NCBI GenBank assembly: GCA_905331295.1
Contig: CAJNYD010000067.1
Coordinates: 1 to 64,000 of the forward strand
Direction of reading: 5' to 3'
From: Rotaria socialis
Lineage: Eukaryota
DNA length: 64,000 nt
Each line of letters begins with the position of its first letter. The first letter of the stretch is position 1. Below the pieces are notes generated by a model that ran no database searches, was not told where the DNA came from, and was given only the letters and a program-made list of their open reading frames with translations. Below are positions 23,723-37,271 of this stretch, piece by piece. The position numbers and the translations under genes were made by a program.

Positions 23723-24856
23723 AGAATAACTTATAAAATTACGCTTAAGATAGTATCAATATTTTTAGGCTAAATTAGTATTTTTTTATCTAGCAGACAT
23801 CTAATTAGGCAGAAATGAGTTTTTCAAATGCGCTCTTTATTTGCATGGTTATTATGACTAAATTGAGTCATATTTTTATGTTAAAAAAGTAAGATTTCTT
23901 GTAATATAAGAGACTCCAACATTTATATTTATGCACACATTTCAAGTCAACGAATTACAATGCACTGTTATTTTAATTTTTTTTCAAATAGAACGAAAGA
24001 CGGACCAGTACAGAGTAAGATTTTGATTTCGAAACATAAGCTCTAAGAGTCTTGTATATATATTATGCAAGAAAGCTCATAAAGGCTGACAGAGTCGATT
24101 TTTTGAGTTTTTAATATGATTCAAGGGAGACACCTTTTTTTTTAAATTTCGCTCTATTTATTCGTGAAGGGAGAGAGAGACACACCTGCCAGATGCCATC
24201 AACAGGCGAAACTCTTTAAAGTCTCAAGGACAGGAAAAGCAAGAATTATATCGTCTATATACAAATGATGATATTCTTTTATGCCGCATCCGTTACTTTA
24301 TTTCATCAGTTTTATTCTAAAGATTTTTTAATAAAATTTTCAGTCATAAATTGAAATATATCAAAGAACTCGATCAATATTTAATCATGATTAATATCGA
24401 ATTCAAAATAACATTTCATTAAATATTAGCACGCAATATTCTATTTAAAAATGTAGGTCGATTGTTTCGAATTCAAAGTTCTATTTGTTTTTCTAAATAA
24501 AGACACATTCTTTACCATGAGCACTCAAACACATTCGTTTTACCGTCGAGTAGCGTCCTCTCTTATGCAGTACTCAATTTATTTCCTTATTGCTCAATAT
24601 TCGGTTGATTACCTAAATCAAGAAAGGAAGACGAAAAAAAAATGTTTGTTAAGTATAAACATGACGATAGGATAGACGATTCAGTCACCTGAATCAATTC
24701 AATTCATGAATTAGTCATTTACTGCACATAATGCGACGGTTATATATTTTGTTCTATTTTTAATAGATGTAAATTCACATTTTTTGACTCAATCTGTATT
24801 CAACGACATAAGATCGAATTTATCAAAACAAAACAAAACAAAACAAAGAAACTTAA

Positions 24857-27800
24857 ATGCCAGTTCCTCGTTCAGCGAAAGATGTTTCATCAAACGACAT
24901 AGAATGTGATAATTTGTTTTCGAAAGAGGATCCAGAAAAATTATTTGTTGATTTGCGCGAAATTGGTCATGGAAATTTTGGAGCTGTTTATTATGTAAGT
25001 TAAGATATGAATGCTAAAGAAAACAACAGATTCTTATTGACTGATAAATATCCATTTAGGCTCGAAACTCACAAACAAATGAAGTTGTTGCGATTAAAAA
25101 GATGTCTACCGGACGAAAACAAACTGTTGAAGTATATTGATTTGAATAAAAGCATCCATTTCTCTGTATTTCAATATCGTTTTTCTCTTTGTAGACTTGG
25201 CAAGATATTCTAAAAGAAATTCGTTTTCTACGTGAACTTAAACATCGCCATTGTATATCTTATTCTGGATGCTATTTAAAAGAATACATAACATGGCTTG
25301 CAATGGAATATTGTCTTGGTTCAACAGCAGATCTTATTGAAGGTTAGAAAAACAAATCTTAATTTCAAATAAGGTTCATATGCTTCTGTTTCATTAAAAT
25401 TTAGTTCATAAAAAACCCTTAACTGAAGGTGAAATAGCTACAATTGTATGTGATACACTATGCGCACTTGATTATCTTCATTCTATGCATCGAATACATC
25501 GTGATATAAAAGCAGGCAATATTTTACTAACTGAAGATGCTATCGTGAAATTGGGTAATAGGAAAAAAAATTCAGTCGAGTTTCATATTTTGCATTTCTT
25601 TTCTGTAGCTGATTTCGGATCTGCATCATTTACAAGCCCAGCAAATAGTTTTGTCGGTACACCGTATGTATCGAATACATTTATTTTATTGAAAATTATA
25701 TCAATTAATTTCTGTAATAGTTATTGGATAGCACCTGAAGTCATATTAGCTATGGAAAATGGTCAATACGATGGAAAAGTTGATATATGGTCACTTGGAA
25801 TAACTTGTATTGAACTTGGTAAGGCTTCATTCGTATTTCTGCTGTGTCATAAATTGTTCTTATCGTAGAACTTTGTTTGCACTAAATAGAAAAGAATAGA
25901 TTTTGACATCTTGTCATTATTTCTATACTAAGAGATACACCTATTCTAATCGAGAACGAACAAATAGAAACTTAACGTTCGATGGTTATAACTTGATTGT
26001 AACTGATATGGGCCGCGCTCTGTAAGGTTAATGGTTGCATTAAAGGACGCAAGTAATTTGAAAAATAACTGAAATATTATTATCATCAAATTTGATCTGA
26101 ATGCAATATTGTAAGTCAATATTCGAATGCGAGTTTTCCCCGAGAGAAGACGGTATTTATTTAAAAAAAGAAATATCCCAATGATGAAGTTTTTCGTTGT
26201 TGATATAAGCATAGAGCATGAGCTCATTTCGAGGACAAATAGTTCATTTAAGTCCACACGATATCGACTATGTAGAGTCGAGGAACTGGTGTTCATTGAG
26301 TTTTTCTTTTTTCTTTATTTAGCTGAACGAAAACCACCCTTATTCAATATGAATCCAATGTCAGCACTTTATCATATAGCACAAAATGAACCACCAACAT
26401 TAACAATGAAAAATGATAATGACCCATCGGCTCCGTCTTATACAAATGATTTTGTTTCATTTATAGCCTTGTGTTTACAAAAAAATCCAAGTAATCGACC
26501 AACAGCTAATGAGCTTTGTGAGGTAAATATTAAATTTCAAGGTTAACAATGAAGATTCAAATCATTGTTTTCTAGACACCATTCATTAAGATTAATAGTA
26601 ATCGAGAAATATTAGTTGATCTAATTCGACGCACCAAAGAAGCTGTGAAAGAATTTGATAACATACGTTATCGTCGAATGAAAAAGGTTTTAATGAGTAA
26701 TGAAGAACAGAATACTTCTAATACACAAATCAGTCAAACGAATGATTTCATTAATATTGACATCGATAGTTCCAGTAATACTCAAAATGATATTTTTGTA
26801 AGTCATATTTTCGTCATTTACGAAAAATATTCTATTTTTTGTTTCTCATAATTATAATTCATGTAGGATGATCCAAATCTAGATGACGATGATGATACAC
26901 AAAGTGTAGATTTTGCATCTAGAACTAATGGCATACAACTAGACGATGATGAAAGTTTAAATTCAAGTCGTTCGAGCCTTCAACAGGCACCCTCAGCGGT
27001 ATTTAAAGGAGTTGTTTTAACGAAACAATTATCGACAACATCTCAACCAATTAATAATCCCATTTACACTGGAGTAACGGCAAATATTAATAATTCTAAT
27101 CGACGTTTTTCAACGATTGATACAAGTTCCGCTTCCAATCTTAATCAATTATCATCATCGCTAAGCAATAAAAACGAGCCAACTGTACAGTTTCGAAATA
27201 ATGTAAGAGATTTCAATATTTTGTGCCATGCAATAGAAAATACATTACTGCAGTTTACGCTTGAGTATCTTCAAATGAATTTTATACAAACAAGAACACA
27301 AGTTATTTGCATTATAAAATATTCATAACGATGTTTTACAAAAAAGAAAGATCAATAGTTTTGAGTTGAAAATGAATTTTACATGAATAATGTTTATAAG
27401 AAAAAATATTTTCCTGGTCTAAAAATGGTTTTCTCAAAAATATCTTTTATAATGTAAATAACTGACATTAGTTTTTTTTTTCTTCTTTAAATACCCCTCA
27501 GCATACTAACTACAACTAAGCTATTAAAATAGATTTTTCTAAAACCTTTTTCATTTGGGGTACTTTTAGAGTATGAATGGTCGATTCAATCTTGGTTCTG
27601 ATCTACGTTTATCACTTATTCTAAGGTTTTTGATCTAGAACATAAACGATTACATAGACCGAAATTCATTTAAGTTTTTCGTAGCTCTACTAGAATGTAG
27701 TCTCGCATTTACCTTAAATTCTAGCTTTATCATCGCTTTTCTTCTCTATAAGCTTGGCTACTGATACTTACAAAATAATCGATATTATGTAATATGATTG

Positions 27801-30800
27801 GAATTCGATATGCTCGAACTTTGATCAAAACAATGTCTTTCCTTTTTTGAATGTAAATTTATTTCATCCGTACCTACCCTTAGATGGAGCAAGATTTTTC
27901 GATTATTAATATATTCCGTGATTAGCATACGGGACAGTATTTTGACAGTGATCTTATACTGATCAATTCATAATTGAATGTTACTATTTGAATAAAACCC
28001 GATGAACTCTAAATGCTACTCCTCGAATTATTACAATTAGTCCCTTCCTTAGATTTATTAATAAAAATAAATTTTCAAGAATGTCTTATGCAAAAAGCTT
28101 TCAATATTTAATTCCAGCCTAAAATGGTTGCTGTCTCTTCGACACGTCAGAATCATCAGTCTGTCAATGAATTTTCTACAATAAAAACTTCACGCATTGT
28201 TATACGTGAACAACGTGAACATAATCAAGACGATCAACAATTTGAACAATTTCGTGGTTACAAACAAATGAGACATCAACATCAGAAACAACTTAAACAG
28301 GTTTCAGTTTTGTTTTTCTCTTTCGTTTCTTAAAAAATTTAATTCTGATTTTTAGTTTGAAGAGCGTTGTCGTAATGAAAAAGTAGAATTACGTTCAAAA
28401 CTTGAACGTGAATATAATATATTTCAAGAACAAGTGAATTTTGATAACAATCGTTTATTAGAAAAACACCGTAAAGAATTAGGCGATCGAGTTAAATACA
28501 ATCAAAATCATATGAAAAACTTAGAACGCCAACAGGATGATGATGCAGAAAATGAACTTAAACGGTTTCATAATGAACAGGCAAAACAGTATAAAATAAA
28601 AAAAGAAGAATTCAAAAAAGTAAAATGATTGTTTTATTTATTTATTTTCTCAAACTTATCTTTGTTTTAAAGCAAATATCGAATGCATCGATGCTGTCGA
28701 AAAGTGAAAAAGAAGAAGAAATTCGTCGATTAAAAGATAATTTACAATTCAAATTTCGTAATGATGAAGAAAAATTGAAAGGTCAATTGGTTCAGACTTC
28801 CGCCATTAAAAGATTAAAAGCTAAACGACAAAAATTACTATTACTACACACTTTAGAGAAAACGTTATTTGAAGACGTAAGTTTCATTATCTTTTATATA
28901 TATATACTTAATCCATATAAGAACAAAATTTGAATTAATTTTTAGAAATGTACAAGAAGTTTAGATACCATTGTACAACGACATGGATTACTTCAAAAAC
29001 ATCATGAGCAAACTAAAGAAGTTGAAGTTCGACAACTGGCAAATTTACACAAGTATGTATTTTTTGTACTGTAATAGAAAATAAGATAATTAGGAGTTTG
29101 AAAAGTAAATAGATCAGTTTAACTATATTTTCTTTGAGATATGACTCACCACCGAGGAATGTTCGCAATTGTCAAATCACTTGAGATTATTGTTCCTCGA
29201 TTAATCGAAATGCATAAGAAAAACATCTATTTTGATTTAGTTTTCCGGTTCTGACTTGGTGAGTTATGAGTGTTTGATTTTATTTTCTTCTTAATGAGAG
29301 CTGGAATGATTGAATTTTGACCTAATATTTTGGTTGTAAAGCGATAGACTTCATAGTCACAAGAAAAATTTTCAAAACTTTTGCTTGAAGAAATGTATCG
29401 ATTTTAAATCATTGGTTTGCCATAAAAATATCTTTCGGTCGAGATACAGTCCAGAATAGATTTTTGTTAAGCAATGATCTATTTATTCCGTGTGAAACTT
29501 AGAGAATTCCAGCCGTCAGATGTTTTATGGTCATAACTCTGACGTGACTTGATTTGTATTCTTCAAGATTATAATGTAGTAAACTAGAGTTGAATAGTAT
29601 CTGATAGCAATTTCTTTAAAAAGAAAGAACTAACCATATCAGGTTGTCAAGTGCGATGAGCCCTAAACAAAATTCCATCGCATACGATTTGTTTCATGAG
29701 TTAGAAATCTTTCGATCTTTGTCTACTGATGTGATAAATACTGACAGTCATGCGAACAAATATGCATGAAAGAGTCAAACCAGATAATCTTAACTTGGAA
29801 TGCGACCCATAGATCAGCTATGTAACAAATGAAAATTTTATCAGCAAAGTCTATATTCAAAATTCGATTTATTAATGAACAAACTTTTAACGTTAATTGT
29901 TTTAATTTAAGATTTTCTAATGACGTACATGTTTCTATTGAAAATCAGCCAGTGAGAGTCTCTCAACTTGAGACAGAGTGTACGTGTTTAAACTCTTATT
30001 AATTCTTGTTTTAATTTCTTTGAACTTGCAAATTCACATACATATATATATATATATCCGCATCGAAATACTGTTACTTCTTCGATGCATTCAATTATAT
30101 TTTCGCCGATAGGAAATATTTCTTGTTGTTTTCCGACCGCATGATATTGTACGGTTGTGGTTATTTATCAAGGCTACTGTTTTGTTCTGTTTTTCTTATA
30201 TATGAGATTGTACCATAAATGTCAATGTCACCATACCCAGAAATGTGTTTATGCCATTTCCTAGTCGCTATTTTCTTTTAAGTAACATCACCAAGGCAAA
30301 ACAAGAAAACTTTTGATAATATTTTTCTTCCCGTACTAAGCCGTACAAATCTTTAATGAGACTAGAAACTCATGCTCAACTACGTTGCTTGTTATGAAAG
30401 AAATAGTCGTATGAAAGTGACGTAATGAAAGTTTTTACATAAATAAGATATTCATTTTAAAAAAATCTTTTATCCTAATGTGTATACTTTCATCTTAGTA
30501 TTAATTATCATATCATAATAATCGTGATTGATTTCAAAAAATGTTTATTTTTCAGAATGCGAAATGATTTTTCTCATAAACAACATCAAACGGAAATAAT
30601 GAATTTTAATGAATATAGTAATCGTCGGCAAAAAGAATTAACTAAACGACATGCATTAAGTCAAAAGCAATTTCCAAAAAATATTAAAGTAATAAAGAAA
30701 AGACTTTAGAAAATAAGTTTTCTTTCAATGAAGCAATCATTCTTGTTTTCGATTCAGATAAAACAAACTGAAATAAAACGTCAATATAAAGACGCATATA

Positions 30801-32763
30801 ATACTCAATCTCATCAATATAAAGCATTAAAAGAAAAAATACGGCAAGATTACATGCATGCAACATCAAGTAATACGCGTGAAGAACTTGATTCCAAATT
30901 AAAAAGTTTAAAAGATGAGCAACGAAGAAAATTTGATACGCTTTATATACGCTTTGAAGAAGCAGTACAAAAAATGCTCGATCAACAAAATGTAAGGCAT
31001 AAAAATGGAAGATGAATCTCTTTGAACGAACTTAATTTGTTTCTTATTTCAAGATTAAACTCAATTCAGATCAAGAACGTGAACGTAATTCATTAAATGC
31101 AGCCCTGGAAGAAGATCATCGTAATTTAATTAGTTTACAAGAAGAGAGTTACCGCCGAATGGAACAACAACATACAGATGAAAAAAACCAGTTAGAGAAA
31201 AATATTGACGAACGCTTAAGAAAACTTAATCAACAGGTATGTCTTTGTTTATTGACAATTGAAAAATATTATGAAGATAATATTTCATTCGTCGCATTCA
31301 TTAAAATCATTAGCTATTGAAATCTTCATGGTAACAAAATAAGCAAAAAGACAATGAATCTTGTATAGTTTCAAGATTAGTTGATTTTGATTATCTAAAA
31401 TCTAATACAGATTACATATCTAAATACTGTGAGTTCGTTTGGTTGTTATCAGAAATGTAATATGATACAGCCACTCGACTTTTCTTCATTTTTTTTTGTC
31501 GTATACGATATCTAATGAAACCAGTTATCTACTAGTTATGCTCAAATGAAGACTAGTAAGCTATTTTCGGACAGTGTCTGCCTGTTACATTTGTATGGAA
31601 GCCTTCAAAAACTTACTCGAATCGTATCTTCCTGTGACGTATGTATTTCGAGTAGTTATTCATGGCAGGATACTGATAAGATTAGTCAATGATTTATTTC
31701 TTATGATGATGATTGACAAGACACATGCATAGTTCCAAATGTCTTGAAAACAGAGGCTGATATGACCATAACACAAAAAGACTCTATCAATATAATTCAA
31801 ATTAAGTACTATTATTTTTGTTTGCTCGTCTTGTAGTCAAAGTTGTCTAGTGTTTCTGATGGATAAATAATTCGCATGTTATATTTAATTCATCGGTCGA
31901 AGTCTGTGCAGATCTCGTATTCATAATAACTAATAGTCTTCCGTGTAGTCGTATCAGTTTCAATAACATTTAATTTTCGTATGTTTCTACTCATCAAGGA
32001 CATGTAACAACTTCTGACTAGAGGAGCAAATAAACTAATGTGGCTACTAAGCAACTTTGAAGGTCAATAGCGAAGTTGCATGTTTGACGGTCTTTTTTCT
32101 GTTTAAAATAAACATAAATTTTCATAATAATCTTCCTATTACTCTTAGTATTATCGGATCATGCATTGACAGCTTGTTTCCATATACGAATTTAAGCCGA
32201 GGTTGAGAAGGTACAGTTATATATTTAAAAAAAAAACGAAGATTCAATTTTTCAATCGAGTAAAGATCTAGTTTGTTGTAGATTCATTTGAGATAAATTG
32301 ATAGATATTAATTCTATGATAATTAAGAGTACGTTTAAAAACAAAGATATGAATTCATGCTGTGCTAATGATTGTTTACAAACTAAAATTTGTTATTCTT
32401 CCGAAAAACGATTTTGTTTTACTATTCATTTAGATGAAAAATGAATTAGCTGAATACAATGAAGATCGTAATCGACAAATATCTATACTTTTGGAAAAAC
32501 AACGCTGCGAACTATTGGAAATCGACAATGAAGTAACAAAACTAGGTATTACTGTTGCAGATGTTACTGAAACAATGCAAGATGTTCATTTTTTTACTGC
32601 TGCTGCTGCTGCTCATTTATCTCCACATGAGAAACAAATTTTATCACGAAATTCCCATTATAATAATAATCGTGCCTCAGTGATCAGTTTACAACATTCA
32701 CATAGTTCAAGTTCCTGTATTTCCAATACAACGAATGCTAATGGAACAACAACACATAAGTAA
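24857..32763 (+). CDS. TAOK: TAO (STE20 family) serine/threonine kinase with C-terminal coiled coil
   Basis: [132 protein letters not shown]. Stop at 32761-32763. Confidence 0.95.
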
Positions 32764-33233
32764 TACATGAATATTAATAGTTTTATTTTGTGAATACAGT
32801 GATTCTTATTTTGACTGTTGTTCTTTCTCGTTCGTACGAGTTCAATTCAGGTCAGTTTTTTTCTTCCATTTTCTTTGTGTTTTTGTACAAAGTAATATCT
32901 TTCGTTTTTTTTTCTTATTTGTTGCAATCAGATTGTGTTTGTCCATCTTTTCTTTTTCGTTTTGTTTTATATATCGACTTATTTCTTGCGACTCTTATTC
33001 TATACAAACAAAATAAGCATTCTTTTGTTTTTCAGTTGCTTTGCTTTATATATGTATACATTATTTTTCTAAAAGATCTTGTTCGATAATTGAATCAAAA
33101 GAAAAAATATTACTAGATAAGAAGGAAATTAATAAAAATGTTTTTTCGATTTTTTTTATATATACTTCAATATGATAATTAATGATTTAATTTTAGATAT
33201 TTTCTGTTTTTTGCATTTCACGATCTATATACA

Positions 33234-34579
33234 ATGAGTAATAATAGTTCAAGTCAAGGAACAGTGGTAATCGAGCTATCGACAACAACAGCTGCGCCTA
33301 TTCATGAAGTGATAGAAGTACCTGCGACAATACAAGCCACTCCACTTGGTAAGCTATATATATATATATATACAGTCAATCGACTATTTTTAGAAATAAT
33401 TATGAGCACTGATCGTCTGCGTTCCCGTCACCTGATTTGTTCTGCTTCTAATGAAAGTATTGACAGATTAGATTCATATTCAAAGCATGAGAAAATAATC
33501 TGAACGGAAATTCATAAAAGCAGTTGTTAGAAACCGGAAAGCTTTCGAATTCTACTATGTGACTTCCAACTAGTATTATGTTAATTACGATACAAAATCA
33601 CCGGAAACTCAGTTTGAGATTATTATTTTCATGTTTTATCGATTCACGACGTTTCCAAATGTTAGAATTAGCTGTATGGGTACTGAAAAATCTTTTATTT
33701 TCATTCTAATAATTCCTTCAAAATCTTCTAATGATATATTCTACATAATTTTCAAATAATCCTGAATTTTAATCGTTTTGTTTTCTGTTAAATAGATGAA
33801 CCACCACCAGCATATGAAATTAATCCGGCATCCATCAACCCTCGAAGTGGTACTGAACCTGAAAATGTTGCTGCAGTAGCTGGCGTCATTGAACCACCAC
33901 CACCCTATTGTCTTGTAGATCCGAGTAAAATTCGAAATACAGATCATCTACCACATTATCCACATATATCACCTGCAGAAATCATAGATCTTACGTCGAA
34001 CAGTAATCTTGGTCATGAGCAGGTAAATCTATACGGAATATCTATTTTCGATACAAAACTTTATTCGATTTTACTAGTCGTCTCGTCATCAGAACCAAGC
34101 GGCCGTTGCTGCTTGGCTTTCATCCGGCTCAAATATGGATATAGGTACTGATTGTACATTTTTAATGGCTTTGTAAGTTAATACGTTTATTTATTTTTTG
34201 TTATTATTTCTAAATATTTCTTTTCTAAAGTGTCATTGCTTTCTTTTTCAATTGGCTCGGATTTCTCGCTGTTGTTTGTCTGATACCAACAATAGCTGCA
34301 CGTTTTGGTGCCATGTCAGGCTTTGGTTTAAGTGTTGCTAAATGGATTACAGTGATGCGTTATCATGAATTGAGTAATAATTCATACGGTGCATCAAATA
34401 ATAATCTGTCACCAACATTCCATCGAACAGCAGTTCATGATCCAGCACAAAATTTTGTTTTTGCCATTGTTTTATTTGCCGGGTTTTTTCTTTTTGTTCG
34501 TGGTTTAATATCTTATATAGCAGTTAAAAACCGTGCCAATCAACATGGACAAACTGCTGATGTTTTTACTTGGTACTAA
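33234..34579 (+). CDS. NDFIP: NEDD4 family-interacting protein (PY motifs + 3 transmembrane segments)
   Basis: Four exons. PPAY, PPPY and LPHY motifs, then IGTDCTFLMAFVIAFFFNWLGFLAVVCLIPTIAARFGAMSGFGLSVAKWI, the NDFIP1/2 core. Confidence 0.9.
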
Positions 34580-35574
34580 ATTTATAGATTTTAAATAACT
34601 TATTATGGTTTATTTCCTATTGATGATCTGCTCTACATATTGTTCTAAACAAAAAGTTCGTTTTTTTTTTTAATATTGAACAATATACTCGCATCAACAA
34701 ATACTTTACATATACATATATATTTTTCTTCTTCTTATTTATGTGTCGTTCGTCTTTTTGTTTTGGTCGATGTTTTTCTTCTCGAAATAAATGCTTAAAA
34801 AAAACAAGATGAATGAAAATCTATTATATGTTATCATAGAAAAACATAAAAAAAAGCTTTAATTTCTCATTAAAGAATTATTGGAAAGGTATGAAAAATT
34901 ATTTAAAATCATAATTTTATCTTTATTTCCATCTAATGCTAACACAAATATATAAATTTTCGCGCGTATTGAATGCTTTCTTTTTTATGTACAGCAGTCC
35001 AACAAAAAAAAATAGAAAATATGAGAATTATATAAATGCCAGATTAGTTCATAAAAAAAGAACAGCTAGTTGACTTTTTTCTTTCTTCTATCCTGTTTAA
35101 AATAAATGTATATTGTTATATGTGATCATCCAACATATGTTAAATCGTTGCATGATGAATAAGACAGAAAAGAAAACCAGGTGCTATGTACAGTTGGCAA
35201 ATAAAAACATATACTACAAAGTTGGTAAGAGAGAAGAAAAAAAGACTATAACAGAAAAAAAGAGCAACAAACAACAACAATAACCTCCGTCATTCTTATG
35301 TACACACCGAAGAGGGGAAAAGTAATGAACGAGCGAAAGAAAGGAAGAAAAAACAACAAGACACTGTTCATGAGTACCTGATAAGATGACAATCAACACT
35401 GCTCACTACGAGTCAAGGTAAAAACTGAGAAGATATTGCTGGAGCTAAGGATGTTTGACTGATGCGTATATTTAAAAAAAAAGCATTGTGACCGCGCTGG
35501 CTGGCTGGTCTTTGTGTTTCTGCTTTGGTTTTCTCAAGCCAAATGAAGTTATAATTCAAAGAGTTCTAGAAATT

Positions 35575-36409
35575 TCAATCGTCTACTGATGTTGATGATT
35601 GGCGAAGATGTTCGCGAGCATGACGATGTGATTCGGATGATGAACATCCAATAGCCATTTCACGATTTAATAATGTATCGGCTGTTGCTTGATCACCAGT
35701 AGCAACTATAAAATGATAATAAAAATTAAATACTTACAAATCATCGCAATCAAACTTACTAGCTGTGAAAACAGCCGATTTTCCAAGCCAACCATTTTGA
35801 TGTATATCCGAACCAGATTTTAATAAATAATCAATAATTTCAGCGTGTGTACCACGAACAGCTGTAAAGAAAAGTAGGTAGGTAGATAAATAAATAAATA
35901 AAAAAGATTTTGTTTTTGTTGTTTTAGCCTTACCAAGAATAAGTGGGATGTCTCCATCCTCATTTTTACAATTAACGCTTGCTCCATATTTAACAAGTGT
36001 TTGAACAACTTCTAAATGACCATTTTGAGCCGCAGCGTGTAACGCCGTATAACCAAATTGGCCTGGCTTTTGTATATCAGCTCCAGCATCAATTAAAACC
36101 TTAACAATATCAGCTCTACCGAGCATCGCAGCATTAATTAATGGTGTGTAACCATATGCATCAGCTGCATCAATATCTGCACCTGATAAATAGGAAAATG
36201 AAAATCTAGATAAACATTCATTTATTTTATATTTTCTTAGTACCTTCACGTATCCAACATCTAATACCGTCTAAAGAACCACATTCGGCTTCTTCGGGAA
36301 GAGAACGTTTAGTTTTTTGAGCAGTATTGAATAAATTGAAAAAGAGATCTGTTGTTGTTTTAATCCATGCAAATGGATAGTAAATGTCGCTTGAATCAAT
36401 TGATGGCAT
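35575..36409 (-). CDS. Small ankyrin-repeat protein (about 4-5 repeats, 4 coding exons)
   Basis: GADIDAADAYGYTPLINAAMLGRADIVKVLIDAGA, GYTALHAAAQNGHLEVVQTLVKYGA, GDIPLILAVRGTHAEIIDYLLKSG. The last exon ends STSVDD* (TGA 35575-35577). Confidence 0.88.
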
Positions 36410-36440
36410 TTTTTTGTTTTCGAAAGTAGATTTAGTTAAC

Positions 36441-37271
36441 CTAAATTAATAATAACAATATGTACCGAACTTTTTCTTACAATATCTTAAACGCCGATAT
36501 TTATAGTATAGTAAATCTATGTTTCTCTCTCTCGCGCGTGTACTTGTTTTTTTCTTCTAGTTTGTGTCTTTGTAATTCATTCACATAGAAAACATTATTC
36601 GAGAGAAAATAGAAGCATCTACAGCTATCACGCGCATTGCACGCTGCATTTTGTCCTTTCTATTCTCGTTTCTTCTAGCACTGTCATGCACATTAGATGA
36701 GAATATGAAAAAAGACGATTGGTGGTAAAACTCAGCAGATTCATGCAATCAATGTTTGTAACAGATGATGACATGCATTAAGTATATGGTCTATACGATG
36801 ATAAGAGAAATTGTACTTGATTCAGTGGCTCGTCGGCACAAAAAAACATGACGAACTTTGGATTGTATAGTCAGCGACAAACTCAAATTATGATTGGTCA
36901 GTCTGAAGGTCAAAATAGCACAACAAGGAAAAACAAAATTCATCATTAGTTTGCTGTTTATTTTCATTTCATTTCATTAAAATTCTTTTTATCGGTATAA
37001 GAGCATGCATGCATGAAATTCCTATCAAGGAAAGCGTAGCTAGCACACCTTTTTTTACTAACTTTACTCTTATCGCTATTTACACGTCCATTTACCTGTT
37101 CTTGTTTTATAAGAATATCAGACGAATTTTTTCACAAATTCGTTTGCTTGAATAAAGTTAGACTCACAAAAACTAAAATCAAATAAGGTTTACAAAGCAT
37201 TTTTGCCCTCAGTATTTATAGGGTAGATAGAGAGAGAGAAGAAGAGAGAAAGTCGGGTGATGCTATCACGC
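36441..37271 (-). promoter_or_regulatory. Candidate tandem TATA promoters and 5'UTR intron of the ankyrin gene
   Basis: CTATAAAT (minus strand) at 36499-36506 and 37214-37221. CAG|GTAAAT donor at 37095 and TTTAG acceptor at 36441. GCTATCACGC at 36624-36633 and 37262-37271. Confidence 0.4.
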
